Shown here in pieces: positions 10,129 to 20,367 of a stretch of 64,000 bases of DNA. The stretch is from Candidatus Poriferihabitaceae bacterium (GTDB lineage Bacteria; Pseudomonadota; Gammaproteobacteria; Arenicellales; Poriferihabitantaceae). Location of the stretch: the NCBI GenBank assembly GCA_965214055.1, contig OZ243931.1, positions 2,607,380-2,671,379 on the forward strand, read 5' to 3'. Within the stretch, counting starts at the first letter, position 1; every line of letters starts with the position of its first letter. The notes beneath the pieces are model-generated. The model did no database searches. It had not been told where the DNA came from and saw only the letters and a program-made list of their open reading frames with translations. Made by a program: the position numbers and the translations under genes.

Positions 10129-10998
10129 TCAACACACCAGCGAACGCATCAATTGTTCCGAACAGCCGGCGGTCCACCGACTTTGATGGGCGGTAGCCAT
10201 GTTTGTTTTTCTGATGAGCCAATCTTTATCTCGACCAAATGTTGCCAAAGTTTCCTTACCCGGATGAGGTGACACCACAACGACTGCATCGTGAGAAATC
10301 GGGAGGCAACTCTGCTCGTTTTCTCCTGTCTTGAAAATGGTAATACCATGACTTCCGATCACAAAGCTTCTTTTTGGAATACCAATAACACCAAACAACA
10401 AACCGGTTTCCCTGCAAAATTTTTCCTCCTGCTGGGTAAGATGACTATCCTCCCCAGCAGCGAATCTTGCATCGACATTATGTTCAACTTTTTCCATCAA
10501 CCGTACAGTTTCTCTGTCTTGGTAAAATGAGTCCTTATCAGGAGGCGGATGGTTCTGTTGTTCGGTACACTCTTTTTCCGCTTCATGGAATATATCTTCA
10601 AAATTATTGCTCGACATTACTCTCTGTTGAGATTCGCGAGTCCTTCGCGCCATGGAACACACGAATCGTTTGATAGTGTCCGAATCTTCTTCAGATAGTT
10701 CGGGGCATTTTTTGCTTCGGACCTTTTCCATTATGTTCCGGATGACAGGAGCAGTTCGACTTTCAAACTCTTGCAAATCCCTTTCATATGAATAATCTTT
10801 CCTGGTCAAGGCACCTGTATCAGGATCATAGACATGCGTGGTGTACAGGTCCTTTTCTACAAAACTGTTATGTGGTTTGGCTTTCCAGACACATCCTGTT
10901 TTCGTATCTCCCATCCAGAAATAACCTTCGGAATTGCAAAAATTCCTGAGCAGAAATTGTGGAATATAATGCTGTCGTTTCGGGTTATTGGAACTCAT
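10129..10998 (-). CDS. DUF4238 domain protein
   Basis: 289 aa. N-terminal 'RQHYIPQFLLRNF' is the DUF4238 signature. ATGA overlap with the upstream 102-aa ORF. Confidence 0.8.
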   Translation of the reverse strand: MSSNNPKRQHYIPQFLLRNFCNSEGYFWMGDTKTGCVWKAKPHNSFVEKDLYTTHVYDPDTGALTRKDYSYERDLQEFESRTAPVIRNIMEKVRSKKCPELSEEDSDTIKRFVCSMARRTRESQQRVMSSNNFEDIFHEAEKECTEQQNHPPPDKDSFYQDRETVRLMEKVEHNVDARFAAGEDSHLTQQEEKFCRETGLLFGVIGIPKRSFVIGSHGITIFKTGENEQSCLPISHDAVVVVSPHPGKETLATFGRDKDWLIRKTNMATAHQSRWTAGCSEQLMRSLVC

Positions 10999-11303
10999 CC
11001 GAGTTGATCTTTACAGTTGATATTCTTAAATGCACAGGTGCCATTTTGCCCGGGCAAGGATTCTACACGCAACAACACAGATTGTGTCAGCCAGAAATAA
11101 CAGCACCGAATCTTTAACGACTCCTCGCGTGTTGTTGGACCGTGATCTCCTGGTTGGCACCAGATTTGCGAGTCCCGGATGAGCAGCCAGTCAACCCGAT
11201 GGTATTTCCTTTCCTGTCGGATTGAAAAATCGGCCAATCCCCTTGAATCAACTGCCTTCCCTGGGAGGGAGAGAAAAGTCTTCATCTCGTATCCATCGGT
11301 CAA
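10995..11303 (-). CDS. Hypothetical protein (102 aa), first gene of the DUF4238 operon
   Basis: It is the only ORF in this interval, and its stop overlaps the DUF4238 start (ATGA at 10995-10998). No recognisable motif, and it is Cys/Trp-rich, so coding status is uncertain. Confidence 0.4.
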   Translation of the reverse strand: MTDGYEMKTFLSLPGKAVDSRGLADFSIRQERKYHRVDWLLIRDSQIWCQPGDHGPTTREESLKIRCCYFWLTQSVLLRVESLPGQNGTCAFKNINCKDQLG

Positions 11304-11512
11304 AATGAATTAGAATCGATTCCAGGGGCAAGTGCTCTTTGTGAGCAGGATTGCCAACCATCCGGAAGAGGCGGATAATTTTTAAAATGTCATGTCAATC
11401 GTAATCACGACGAAGGCCCCTGCCGGGGGGAGAGTTGAAAGGGCAGCCCAAACAGGATGAAGCTCACCCTGGCCCTGAAACCGGCATCCCGCGTTGACAG
11501 TTTGAAAACTGC

Positions 11513-14500
11513 ATGCCGGGAAATTCCAGTTGCCTCTGCGATGTATTTCCATCGAACACCGCTTCTTCACAACCCGGGCACCGGGGAGGAGCGACGTATC
11601 CGGTGACCCCAGTGTTTTCATTGCCCGGAGGCCTGCTTTCCATTGATCTGGAGGTCGACCCGAAGAACAACCATATCTTCGCTTTCGCTGCGGTGAATCC
11701 GGATACCCGTGAAACCCTGATCCACGACCGAAAAACCAGTTTTGCCAGGGCGTTGACCAAGCTGGACCAGATCGCAGGGGGAGTATCCTGCCTGGTTGGC
11801 CACAACCTCATCGCCCATGACCTGCCGCAATTGAAAGCGTGCCGCCCCGGCCTGAAGCTGCTGGAGCGGCCCGCCCTCGATACCCTGATGCTGAGTCCCC
11901 TCGCTTTTCCCCAGAATCCCTATCACCGGCTCATCAAGCACTACCAGGACGGGGGACTCATCCGGGGGCAGATCAACAACCCTGAACTCGATGCCCGGCT
12001 GGCACTGGATGTCCTGCAGGAGGAATTCCGGGCCCTGCAGCAAATCCCCGGGGACCTGCTGCTGTGCTGGCACTGGCTGAGCACACTGGAACCGGGGGGA
12101 GAGGGTTTCGATCTTTTTTTCTCTGCCCTGCGACAGTCGGGACGGCCCGACGATCACACCGCACTGTCCGCCATACAACGGCAGCTGGATGGACAGGGCT
12201 GCCAGACCCATGGCAGGGAAGTGCTGGAGCACCCCACCGGCAAGGGATGGCCCCTGGCCTATGCACTGGCCTGGCTGTCCGTCAGTGGAGGCAATTCAGT
12301 CATACCGCCCTGGGTGTGCCGCCAGTTTCCCGATACGCTTCAGATCGTGAAAGTTCTGCGCGACACGGCCTGCGCGGACCCGGCCTGCCATTGGTGCACG
12401 GATCGGCACGATCCGGTGAAGGAACTCAAGCGTTGGTTCGGTTTTGAGACGTTCCGGGCGGAACCCAAAGATGAATCCGGTCAATCCATGCAACAGACCA
12501 TTGTCCAGGATTCGATGGCGGGAATGTCTGTGCTGGGGTTGCTGCCCACCGGGACCGGGAAGTCGCTGTGCTACCAGATTCCGGCCCTGTCCCGATACGA
12601 CAAGATCGGGGCCCTGACGGTGGTCATCTCGCCTCTGGTGGCCCTGATGTCCGACCAGGTAGCTGGCCTGGAAAGGCGCAATATCACGTCCTGCACCACG
12701 ATCAATGGCATGCTGTCCATGCCCGAGCGCAAAGAGGCACTGGACCGGGTGCGGCTGGGAGATGCCAGCATCCTGCTCATCTCCCCGGAACAGCTTCGGA
12801 GCACTTCGGTACGAAGGGTCCTGGACCAGCGGGAAATCAGCTTCTGGGTGGTGGATGAGGCCCACTGCCTGTCTAAGTGGGGGCACGACTTCCGGCCCGA
12901 CTATCGCTACATCGGGCGCTTCATTCGCGAGAAATCGGAACGCGAAGGCGGGGTGCCGCTGGTCATGTGCCTGACTGCGACGGCGAAACCGGACGTGGTC
13001 ACCGACATCACCCGGCACTTTCAGGACAAACTGGATATCCCTCTCAAGGTCGTGGACGGTGGCAGCGAGCGCAGCAACCTGGTTTTCGAGGTGATTCCCA
13101 CCACCCCGGACCGAAAATTCCATCATGTCCATGAACTCCTGTCCATGGCACTGCCGTCCGGTTCTTCAGGAGGGGCCATCGTGTACTGTGCGACCCGGCG
13201 TTCCACGGAAGAATTGACCGAATTCCTGCAGGCCAAGGAGATGGAATCCAAATATTTTCACGGGGGACTTTCCCCGGAAACCAAAAAGGAAGTGCTGGAG
13301 GGCTTTACCGACGGGAAACTGCAGGTGATCACGGCAACCAATGCCTTCGGCATGGGGATTGACAAACCGGACATCCGTCTTGTGGTGCATGCCGACATTC
13401 CCGGCTCGCTGGAAAACTACCTGCAGGAAGCCGGCCGGGCCGGTCGGGACGGCGGCACAGCACGGTGTATCCTTTTCCATACGCCGGATGATGTGGAGCG
13501 CCAGTTTGGCATGTCCGCCCGTTCACGACTGACCCAGCGGGAAATCCAGGGAGTGCTGAAAGCCCTGCGAAAACTGTCAGCCAGGGACAAGAGTGGCAAT
13601 GAAGACAGTGTGGTCGCCACCGCTGGTGAAATTCTCAACGAGGATGATGAATTTCTTGTGGAGCGGGACTTTGGCACCGAAGACACGAAAATCAGGACAG
13701 CGGTTGCCTGGCTGGAGGAATCGGTCCTGCTGACCCGTGAGGAGAATATCGTGAACGTGTTTCCTTCCTCTTTGCTGGTCAAGTCATTCGAGGATGCCCG
13801 GATTCGGCTCTTACAGAACCGTAAGTTGACCGAAAAGTACCGGGGACAGTTGCTGGAAATTACCCGGGCACTGATGAATGCCAGTGCAGTGGAGGGTATT
13901 ACCACCGATGAACTGCGCAACCTGGTGGGCCTGAGCCCGAATGGGATCCGGGGGGCCCTGTATAACCTGGAACAGCTGGGTATCGTCAGCAATGACATGG
14001 CATTGACTGCCTATGTGCACAAGGGGGTTCAGCGCGCTTCCACCAAACGTCTTCAGGAGGCCGTAGAACTGGAGTGCGCCCTGATCGAACAACTCCGCCT
14101 TTCGGCCCCGGATATGGAAAAGGGAGAAAAATTCCCCCTGCACCTGCGTCTCATCGCCCAGGCTCTTCGGGATGAGGAGGTTCCGAACCCCTTGCCGGAA
14201 CGGGTCTGGCGCATTCTCCGCAGTCTCCAGTTCGACGGATGGGACGAGGATGGAGGCAGGGGGAGTCTGTCATTGCGCAAAATTGACGCAGAACAGGTCA
14301 ACGTGACCCTGCAGCGGGAATGGTCCCTATTGAAAGAAACCGCCGAGATTCGCCGTACGGCGGCACACCGGTTGCTGGAACACCTGTTGTTGTCGCTGCC
14401 GGACGGTCGCCGGGGAACCGACATTCTGGCCGAAACCACCGTGGGAAAAATGCTCGATGCGATCCGCTCAGATATTGAACTGCTCAATTCCGGTAACCGG

Positions 14501-16804
14501 AAATTCGACAAGCTCCTGGACCGGGCCCTGCTGTGGCTGCACGAGCAGGAAGTGATCCGCCTGAACAAGGGCCTGTCGGTATTCCGCTCGGCCATGACCA
14601 TCCGGCTGGACAAAAGCAACCCGAAGCGCCAGTTTGTAAAAGCCGATTTCGAGCCGCTCAGCCTGCATTACGAGGGGCAAGTGCAGCAGATTCATGTCAT
14701 GGCGGAATTTGCACTGCAGGGTCTCGAATCCATGGATCAGGCCATTCGCCTGTCCATTGACTATTTCAGCCTGGAGCAGGACCAGTTTCTTCACCGCTGG
14801 TTCCCTGACCGGGAAAAGGAAATTGGCCGCCAGATGTCCCCGGCATCGTGGGAGAATATTGTCGAAAGCCTGAACGATTCCACGCAAAAGAGGATCGTCG
14901 CCGACAACCGGGAACACACCAATGTGCTGGTGCTCGCCGGGCCGGGCTCCGGAAAGACCCGAGTTCTGGTGCATCGAATTGCCTATCTGATCCGTGCCAG
15001 GCGGGAAAATCCCCGAGGGATTCTCGCCCTGACGTACAACCGGCATTCGGCGGTTGAAATCCGCCAGCGCCTTCGGGAGTTGATCGGAAAGGATGCGCGC
15101 GGCGTCATGGTGCTGACCTGCGATGCGCTGGCGATGCGGCTGGTCGGCGCCAGTTTCTCGGGCCGGGCCGAATCCCGGGACCATAAGGTGTTCGAGGAAA
15201 TCATGAATCAGGCCATTGCGCTGCTTCGCGGAGAGGGTTTGGAGCCGGAAGAGGCGGATGACCAGAGGGAACGGCTCCTGGCCGGCTTTCGCTGGATTCT
15301 GGTGGACGAATACCAGGACATCAATGAACCCCAGTATGCCTTGATTTCCGCCCTGGCCGGCCGGACCCTGGAATCCGAGGACAACAAGCTTGCCGTCTTT
15401 GCGGTGGGGGACGATGACCAGAACATCTATGCTTTCAACGGAGCATCGGTGCGGTTCATCCGGCAATTCGAAGAGGACTACGGCCCGGTCCCCACGTACA
15501 TGATCGGCAACTACCGTTCCACCGGCCATATCATCAACGCCGCCAATACCCTGATTGGACCCGCCGCCGAACGAATGAAGGCCGATCATCCCATCCAGGT
15601 CAACCGGGCACGCACCGGGGAGCCGTCCGGAGGGGCCTGGACCCGGCTTGATCCGGTTTCCCGGGGCAAGGTGCAGATTCTGGATGCCGGAGGTAACCCG
15701 GTCTCCCAGGCACAGGCCGTCATGACCGAATTCCAGCGTCTGGCAGGGTGTTCACCGGACTGGGACTGGGCTTCCTGTGCCGTGATCGCCCGAAACTGGA
15801 AGTACCTGGACCCCGTCCGGGCCTGGTGCGAATCGAACTCCATACCCGTTCAGATGGGAAACGAGGAAATACCGGGTTTCTGGGGCTTGCGGGAAACCCG
15901 GGAGCTGTTGGATTTCCTGAGAAACCGCGAGGGACCACCGATCGGTCTTTCGGAATTGCGTTCCCATTTCAACCATCGTCACGGGAATCGCTGGTACAGG
16001 CTGCTGGAACAGGCGATGGACGAATACCACCTCGAAACCGGCAACGGTGGAGGGATTGTTCCCGGGCATTTCATCGAATGGCTGGCGGAATGGGGCCGGT
16101 CGGTGTACCGCCGCCAAAAGGGACTCCTGCTGGTGACTGCACACGGTGCGAAGGGTCTCGAATTCGATCACGTCGTCGTCCTGGATGGGGGGTGGCGTGG
16201 AATTGGCCGGGACGAAGATCGGGATGCTCCCCGACGGCTGTATTACGTGGCCATGACCCGTGCCCGTCAAACCCTTGCGCTGGCGCGTTTCCACCCACGG
16301 CATGCAGGTGAAGCGGCACCTCCTCCCCATTTTCAGGGTAAGAAATATTCGATTCATCCCAATCCGTTGCTCGAAACCCTGGTACAAAGCTCCGATGTGC
16401 TGCTGCGTTGTACGGTGGAGGTTCCACCCGCTGGCCCGGAACTGTTCCGGCGCTACCTGCTGTTGAAAATGAAGGAGGTGGACCTGTCCTACGCGGGACG
16501 GTACAGGGAGACCCACCCGGTCCACTCGGCCATCCGCGACCTGAACCCGGGAGACCCGCTGTTCCTGGTCCGGTCGAAATCCAGGGCGAAACGATGGGAA
16601 CTGGCCGATCATGCCGGAAAAGTGGTGGGCCGGCTGTCGTCAAAATTCAACTGTCCGGCGAACATGAAATTCCGATCCGGGACAGTGTACGCCATTGTGA
16701 CACGGGACCAGGACCAGGGTGAAGGGGACCCGAAATACCGTTTACTTCTCAAATGCAGGACCTGGGAAATCGTGGTGCCGGAACTCATCTTTGAACCCGG
16801 GTAA
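11513..16804 (+). CDS. Giant fusion protein: DEDD-type 3'-5' exonuclease + RecQ-family SF2 helicase + UvrD/Rep-family SF1 helicase
   Basis: 1763 aa, with these modules:
- Exonuclease (~11630-12080): 'SIDLEVD' (D45/E47) and 'LVGHNLIAHDLPQL'.
- RecQ core (~12440-13510): 'PTGTGKS' (K350), 'VVDEAHCLSKWGHDFRPDY', 'TATA' and 'AGRAGRDG'.
- UvrD core (~14880-16290): 'GPGSGKT' (K1148), 'ILVDEYQDINEPQY', 'VGDDDQNIYAFNGA', 'YRSTGHII', 'AHGAKGLEFDHVVV' and 'YVAMTRARQTL'.
- C-terminal ~170 aa is unassigned.
The start may be the in-frame GTG near 11603, downstream of a GGAGGAG. Confidence 0.9.
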   Translation: MPGNSSCLCDVFPSNTASSQPGHRGGATYPVTPVFSLPGGLLSIDLEVDPKNNHIFAFAAVNPDTRETLIHDRKTSFARALTKLDQIAGGVSCLVGHNLIAHDLPQLKACRPGLKLLERPALDTLMLSPLAFPQNPYHRLIKHYQDGGLIRGQINNPELDARLALDVLQEEFRALQQIPGDLLLCWHWLSTLEPGGEGFDLFFSALRQSGRPDDHTALSAIQRQLDGQGCQTHGREVLEHPTGKGWPLAYALAWLSVSGGNSVIPPWVCRQFPDTLQIVKVLRDTACADPACHWCTDRHDPVKELKRWFGFETFRAEPKDESGQSMQQTIVQDSMAGMSVLGLLPTGTGKSLCYQIPALSRYDKIGALTVVISPLVALMSDQVAGLERRNITSCTTINGMLSMPERKEALDRVRLGDASILLISPEQLRSTSVRRVLDQREISFWVVDEAHCLSKWGHDFRPDYRYIGRFIREKSEREGGVPLVMCLTATAKPDVVTDITRHFQDKLDIPLKVVDGGSERSNLVFEVIPTTPDRKFHHVHELLSMALPSGSSGGAIVYCATRRSTEELTEFLQAKEMESKYFHGGLSPETKKEVLEGFTDGKLQVITATNAFGMGIDKPDIRLVVHADIPGSLENYLQEAGRAGRDGGTARCILFHTPDDVERQFGMSARSRLTQREIQGVLKALRKLSARDKSGNEDSVVATAGEILNEDDEFLVERDFGTEDTKIRTAVAWLEESVLLTREENIVNVFPSSLLVKSFEDARIRLLQNRKLTEKYRGQLLEITRALMNASAVEGITTDELRNLVGLSPNGIRGALYNLEQLGIVSNDMALTAYVHKGVQRASTKRLQEAVELECALIEQLRLSAPDMEKGEKFPLHLRLIAQALRDEEVPNPLPERVWRILRSLQFDGWDEDGGRGSLSLRKIDAEQVNVTLQREWSLLKETAEIRRTAAHRLLEHLLLSLPDGRRGTDILAETTVGKMLDAIRSDIELLNSGNRKFDKLLDRALLWLHEQEVIRLNKGLSVFRSAMTIRLDKSNPKRQFVKADFEPLSLHYEGQVQQIHVMAEFALQGLESMDQAIRLSIDYFSLEQDQFLHRWFPDREKEIGRQMSPASWENIVESLNDSTQKRIVADNREHTNVLVLAGPGSGKTRVLVHRIAYLIRARRENPRGILALTYNRHSAVEIRQRLRELIGKDARGVMVLTCDALAMRLVGASFSGRAESRDHKVFEEIMNQAIALLRGEGLEPEEADDQRERLLAGFRWILVDEYQDINEPQYALISALAGRTLESEDNKLAVFAVGDDDQNIYAFNGASVRFIRQFEEDYGPVPTYMIGNYRSTGHIINAANTLIGPAAERMKADHPIQVNRARTGEPSGGAWTRLDPVSRGKVQILDAGGNPVSQAQAVMTEFQRLAGCSPDWDWASCAVIARNWKYLDPVRAWCESNSIPVQMGNEEIPGFWGLRETRELLDFLRNREGPPIGLSELRSHFNHRHGNRWYRLLEQAMDEYHLETGNGGGIVPGHFIEWLAEWGRSVYRRQKGLLLVTAHGAKGLEFDHVVVLDGGWRGIGRDEDRDAPRRLYYVAMTRARQTLALARFHPRHAGEAAPPPHFQGKKYSIHPNPLLETLVQSSDVLLRCTVEVPPAGPELFRRYLLLKMKEVDLSYAGRYRETHPVHSAIRDLNPGDPLFLVRSKSRAKRWELADHAGKVVGRLSSKFNCPANMKFRSGTVYAIVTRDQDQGEGDPKYRLLLKCRTWEIVVPELIFEPG

Positions 16805-16876
16805 GCGGAACCCGAACGAGGCAGTGCCAGCACATCCCCCCTGTGCCTGGGAGGGCCATCAGTGGGCGCTGGACAG

Positions 16877-19573
16877 TCAGGATCGGGTTTTCAGCAACTG
16901 GCTCAGGGTATACAGAATCTCCAGGGCTTCCCGGGGGGTGGCATCATCCACTGAAATTGCCCGTAACCGGGCAATTACGGCCTGTTCTTCCGGCCGGACG
17001 GGTGAAAACAGGCTGGCCTGAACGGGGGGAGAATCCATTGGGTTTTGAATATTCTCCACATACTGGTCTTCCAGGCCGGACAGTTTGAGCCGGGAATCCT
17101 CGATCACCTCATCCGGGATTCCCGCGAGCCGGGCGACCTGGAGCCCATAACTCTGGCTTGCCGGCCCATTTTTTACCCGGTACAGGAAGATGATTTCACG
17201 GCCATGTTCCACGGCATCCAGATGGACATTGACCGCGGATTCGAGTTGGTCCACCAGCCCGGTCAACTCAAAATAATGGGTCGAAAACAACACGTAGGAC
17301 TTCACCCGGTTTGCCAGGTCCCTGGCACAGGCCCAGGCCAGGGCCAGGCCGTCAAAAGTGCTGGTACCCCGGCCGATTTCGTCCACCAGTACTAGGCTGT
17401 TCTGCGTGGCATTGCGCAGAATCTGGGCCATTTCAGTCATTTCGACCATGAAGGTGGACCGCCCGCCCGCCAGGTCATCGGCGGCACCGATCCGGGTAAA
17501 GATCCGGTCAACCGGTCCGATTCTTGCTGAATTCGCCGGAACGTAACTGCCGGTGAAGGCGAGCAGGACAATCAGGGCAACCTGGCGCATGTAGGTGCTT
17601 TTTCCTCCCATGTTCGGCCCGGTAATGATCTGCATTTTTGTTCTGTCGTTCAGGGCGATGGAATTGGCAATAAAGCTCGATTCCAGGACTTTCTCAACCA
17701 CCGGGTGGCGTCCATCCTCGATTTCAAGCACCGGAGTCTCCACCAGTTCAGGGCGGTGCAGGTTGAGGGACTGGGCCCTCCCTGCAAAATTATTCAGGGC
17801 ATCCAGAATCGCCAGACTGTTTGCGCAGTGCAACAGGGTCTGGATATGGGGCGAAAATTGTTCCAGCAACTCGTTGTACAGCCACTTTTCCCTGGCCAGG
17901 GCCAGGGACCGGGCACTCAATATCCTGTCTTCAAATTCCTTGAGTTCCACGGTAATGAATCGCTCGGCATTCTTGATGGTCTGCCGGCGGACGTAGTCCT
18001 GTGGCACCTGGTCCGACTGCGAGCGCGGGAGCTCGATGTAATACCCGTGCACCCGGTTGTAGCGAACCCGGAGATTCGCAACCCGGGTACGTTTTTTTTC
18101 CCTTTCTTCCAGTTCGAGCAGGAATTGGGCCGAGTCCCGTTGCAGAAGACGGTATTCCCCGAGCTCTGCATCATACTCATCCCGAAGCATTCCCCCGTCC
18201 CGGATCACGCTGGGGGGCTCATCGACCACTGCGCGTTCCAGGAGGTCATGGCATTCGCTTTGGGGCGCCAGGGAATCCAGTAACGAGATCAGGAGGGCGG
18301 AAGAGGTGGATTCGAGCGCCCTGCCCAGTACGGGAAGGACGGAAAGCGCCCCCCTCAGGCGGATCAAGTCCCGCGGCCGGGCGGTTTTCATGGCCACCCG
18401 GGCCAGGATGCGTTCCATGTCCCCGACCTGGCGCAACAACGGCTGGAACTCCTGATAGCGCCCCTGGTGCAGAAGCCAGTCCACGGCCTCATGGCGCTGG
18501 ATGAGTTCCTCCCGGTTCCGGCTGGGGCTGTGAAACCATCTGCGCAGCATTCGGGCCCCCATGGGAGAATCACAGTGGTCAAACAGTTTCAGCAGGGAGC
18601 TTTCCCGGCGACCATCGGACCCGGATTCGATTTCCAGGTTCTTTCGGCTGACCTCGTCCAGGATGACGACATCCTGGGTGTCTTCGTACTCGATACGGTG
18701 AATATGCGGGGTGTTCTCGCCATGCAGGTCTCGAATATAGAGAATCAATGCGCCGGCTGCCCGGGTCGCCACCGGAAACCGGTCGCTTTCAAAGGCAGCC
18801 AGACTGTGGGTTGCAAACAGGTCACACAGGGTGTCGGTGGCGCGCGATGGGTCGAAGTACCAGTCCGGAATCCCGGTTTCATTTTCCCGGCTGGACAATC
18901 CCGACTGGTTTTGCCCAACCAGAATCTCTGCCGCATTGATCCGGGTCAGATCATGGGTCAGCTGTTCATGGCTGCGGACTTCCAATCCCCTGAATCGACC
19001 GCTTGAAATTTCAAGGGTGGCGATGCCGATGGTCTCCCCCTCCTGCAGCACCGCGGCGGTCAGGTTTTCATGGTGGTCGGAAAGGAGATTTTCTTCGGTC
19101 AGGGTTCCCGGGGTGATGACCCGGACCACCTTGCGTTCGACGGGGCCTTTTGTGGTGGCGGGGTCGCCGGTTTGTTCACAGATGGCGACCGGAATATTCT
19201 TGTGCACCAGTTTCGCGAGGTACTGGTCCACGCTGTGGTAGGGGACGCCGGCCATGGGGATGGGAGAGCCCGCGGATTTCCCCCTGGCGGTGAGGGTGAT
19301 ATCCAGCAGTTTGGCGGCTTTTTCCGCGTCCTCGTAAAACAGTTCGTAAAAATCTCCCATGCGGTAAAGCAACAGGGTCTCCGGATACTCGGACTTGATG
19401 GACAGGTACTGCTTCATCATCGGGGTGTGGCCGGCACCACCGGAGCCGGGCTTCGACGTTTTCAGCGTCCGGGTGGTATTCTTCACTACGGGGCGGGTCG
19501 GTCTTTGGGGAAGCGGGATTTGACGATACCCAGGATATCGCTGAATATTCCCGGGCTTGCGGCAATGACGCAC
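16877..19573 (-). CDS. mutS: DNA mismatch repair protein MutS
   Basis: '[35 protein letters not shown]', '[13 protein letters not shown]' and '[12 protein letters not shown]'. The listed coordinates are the maximal ORF. The real start is probably between ~19420 and ~19489, because the suhB stop is at 19486-19488. Confidence 0.95.
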   Translation of the reverse strand: MRHCRKPGNIQRYPGYRQIPLPQRPTRPVVKNTTRTLKTSKPGSGGAGHTPMMKQYLSIKSEYPETLLLYRMGDFYELFYEDAEKAAKLLDITLTARGKSAGSPIPMAGVPYHSVDQYLAKLVHKNIPVAICEQTGDPATTKGPVERKVVRVITPGTLTEENLLSDHHENLTAAVLQEGETIGIATLEISSGRFRGLEVRSHEQLTHDLTRINAAEILVGQNQSGLSSRENETGIPDWYFDPSRATDTLCDLFATHSLAAFESDRFPVATRAAGALILYIRDLHGENTPHIHRIEYEDTQDVVILDEVSRKNLEIESGSDGRRESSLLKLFDHCDSPMGARMLRRWFHSPSRNREELIQRHEAVDWLLHQGRYQEFQPLLRQVGDMERILARVAMKTARPRDLIRLRGALSVLPVLGRALESTSSALLISLLDSLAPQSECHDLLERAVVDEPPSVIRDGGMLRDEYDAELGEYRLLQRDSAQFLLELEEREKKRTRVANLRVRYNRVHGYYIELPRSQSDQVPQDYVRRQTIKNAERFITVELKEFEDRILSARSLALAREKWLYNELLEQFSPHIQTLLHCANSLAILDALNNFAGRAQSLNLHRPELVETPVLEIEDGRHPVVEKVLESSFIANSIALNDRTKMQIITGPNMGGKSTYMRQVALIVLLAFTGSYVPANSARIGPVDRIFTRIGAADDLAGGRSTFMVEMTEMAQILRNATQNSLVLVDEIGRGTSTFDGLALAWACARDLANRVKSYVLFSTHYFELTGLVDQLESAVNVHLDAVEHGREIIFLYRVKNGPASQSYGLQVARLAGIPDEVIEDSRLKLSGLEDQYVENIQNPMDSPPVQASLFSPVRPEEQAVIARLRAISVDDATPREALEILYTLSQLLKTRS

Positions 19574-20367
19574 CCGGTGCTCAGGTGGTCCTGTTCGCCC
19601 TGAAAACCGGTCACGAGGCCGCCCGCCTCCCGGACGATCAAACTGCCCGCAGCCATGTCCCAGATATTCAGGCCGGATTCCCAGTAGGCGTCGCCTCGGC
19701 CACAGGCAACATACGCCAGGTCAAGGGCCGCGGAACCGGAATGCAGGGATTGGGATACCAGGGGGAAAATGTCCCTGAAACACGCCGTCCAGTTGTCGAA
19801 CTGACCGGGATGGCGGGAAGGAAATCCAGACAGGACCAGGCTGTTCGACAGGCGCCTCTGACCGCTGACACGGATGCGCCGGTCATTCATCTGTGCACCG
19901 CTTCCCCGGGAGGCATGAAAGATTTCATTGCGAAGCGGGTCAAAAATAATGCCATGTTCCATGCGGTTTTTATGCCGCACGCCTATCGAGATCGCAAAGT
20001 TGGGATGCCCGTGCAAAAAATTGGTGGTGCCGTCAAGGGGATCAATGATCCACTCGAAGGCATCTTTTGTGGTCCCTTTTCCAGGAGAATGCTTCGTGCC
20101 GCTTTCCTCTGCAACAATGGCATGGTCCGGATAATGGTGGTGTATGCAGCCGATGATTTCCTCTTCCGCCATGTGGTCCACTTCGCTGACAAAATCGTTT
20201 CGGCCCTTTTGGGTGACTGGAAACTGGTCCATTCGATCAAAATGGCGGACGATGAGGTTGCCAGCCCGCCGGACGGCCTTGATTCCGATATTAATGAGTG
20301 GGTTCACATTTTGTTCCGGTAATTCATGATAGGAGCTGGTTCCCTTGACGAGGTTCCTGGTGCACAA
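19486..20367 (-). CDS. suhB: Inositol monophosphatase family protein (SuhB)
   Basis: 'AEESG', '[15 protein letters not shown]' and '[20 protein letters not shown]' motifs. Divergent from trmJ, as in many Gammaproteobacteria. The start is probably downstream of the maximal ORF start. Confidence 0.9.
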   Translation of the reverse strand: MCTRNLVKGTSSYHELPEQNVNPLINIGIKAVRRAGNLIVRHFDRMDQFPVTQKGRNDFVSEVDHMAEEEIIGCIHHHYPDHAIVAEESGTKHSPGKGTTKDAFEWIIDPLDGTTNFLHGHPNFAISIGVRHKNRMEHGIIFDPLRNEIFHASRGSGAQMNDRRIRVSGQRRLSNSLVLSGFPSRHPGQFDNWTACFRDIFPLVSQSLHSGSAALDLAYVACGRGDAYWESGLNIWDMAAGSLIVREAGGLVTGFQGEQDHLSTGCVIAASPGIFSDILGIVKSRFPKDRPAP

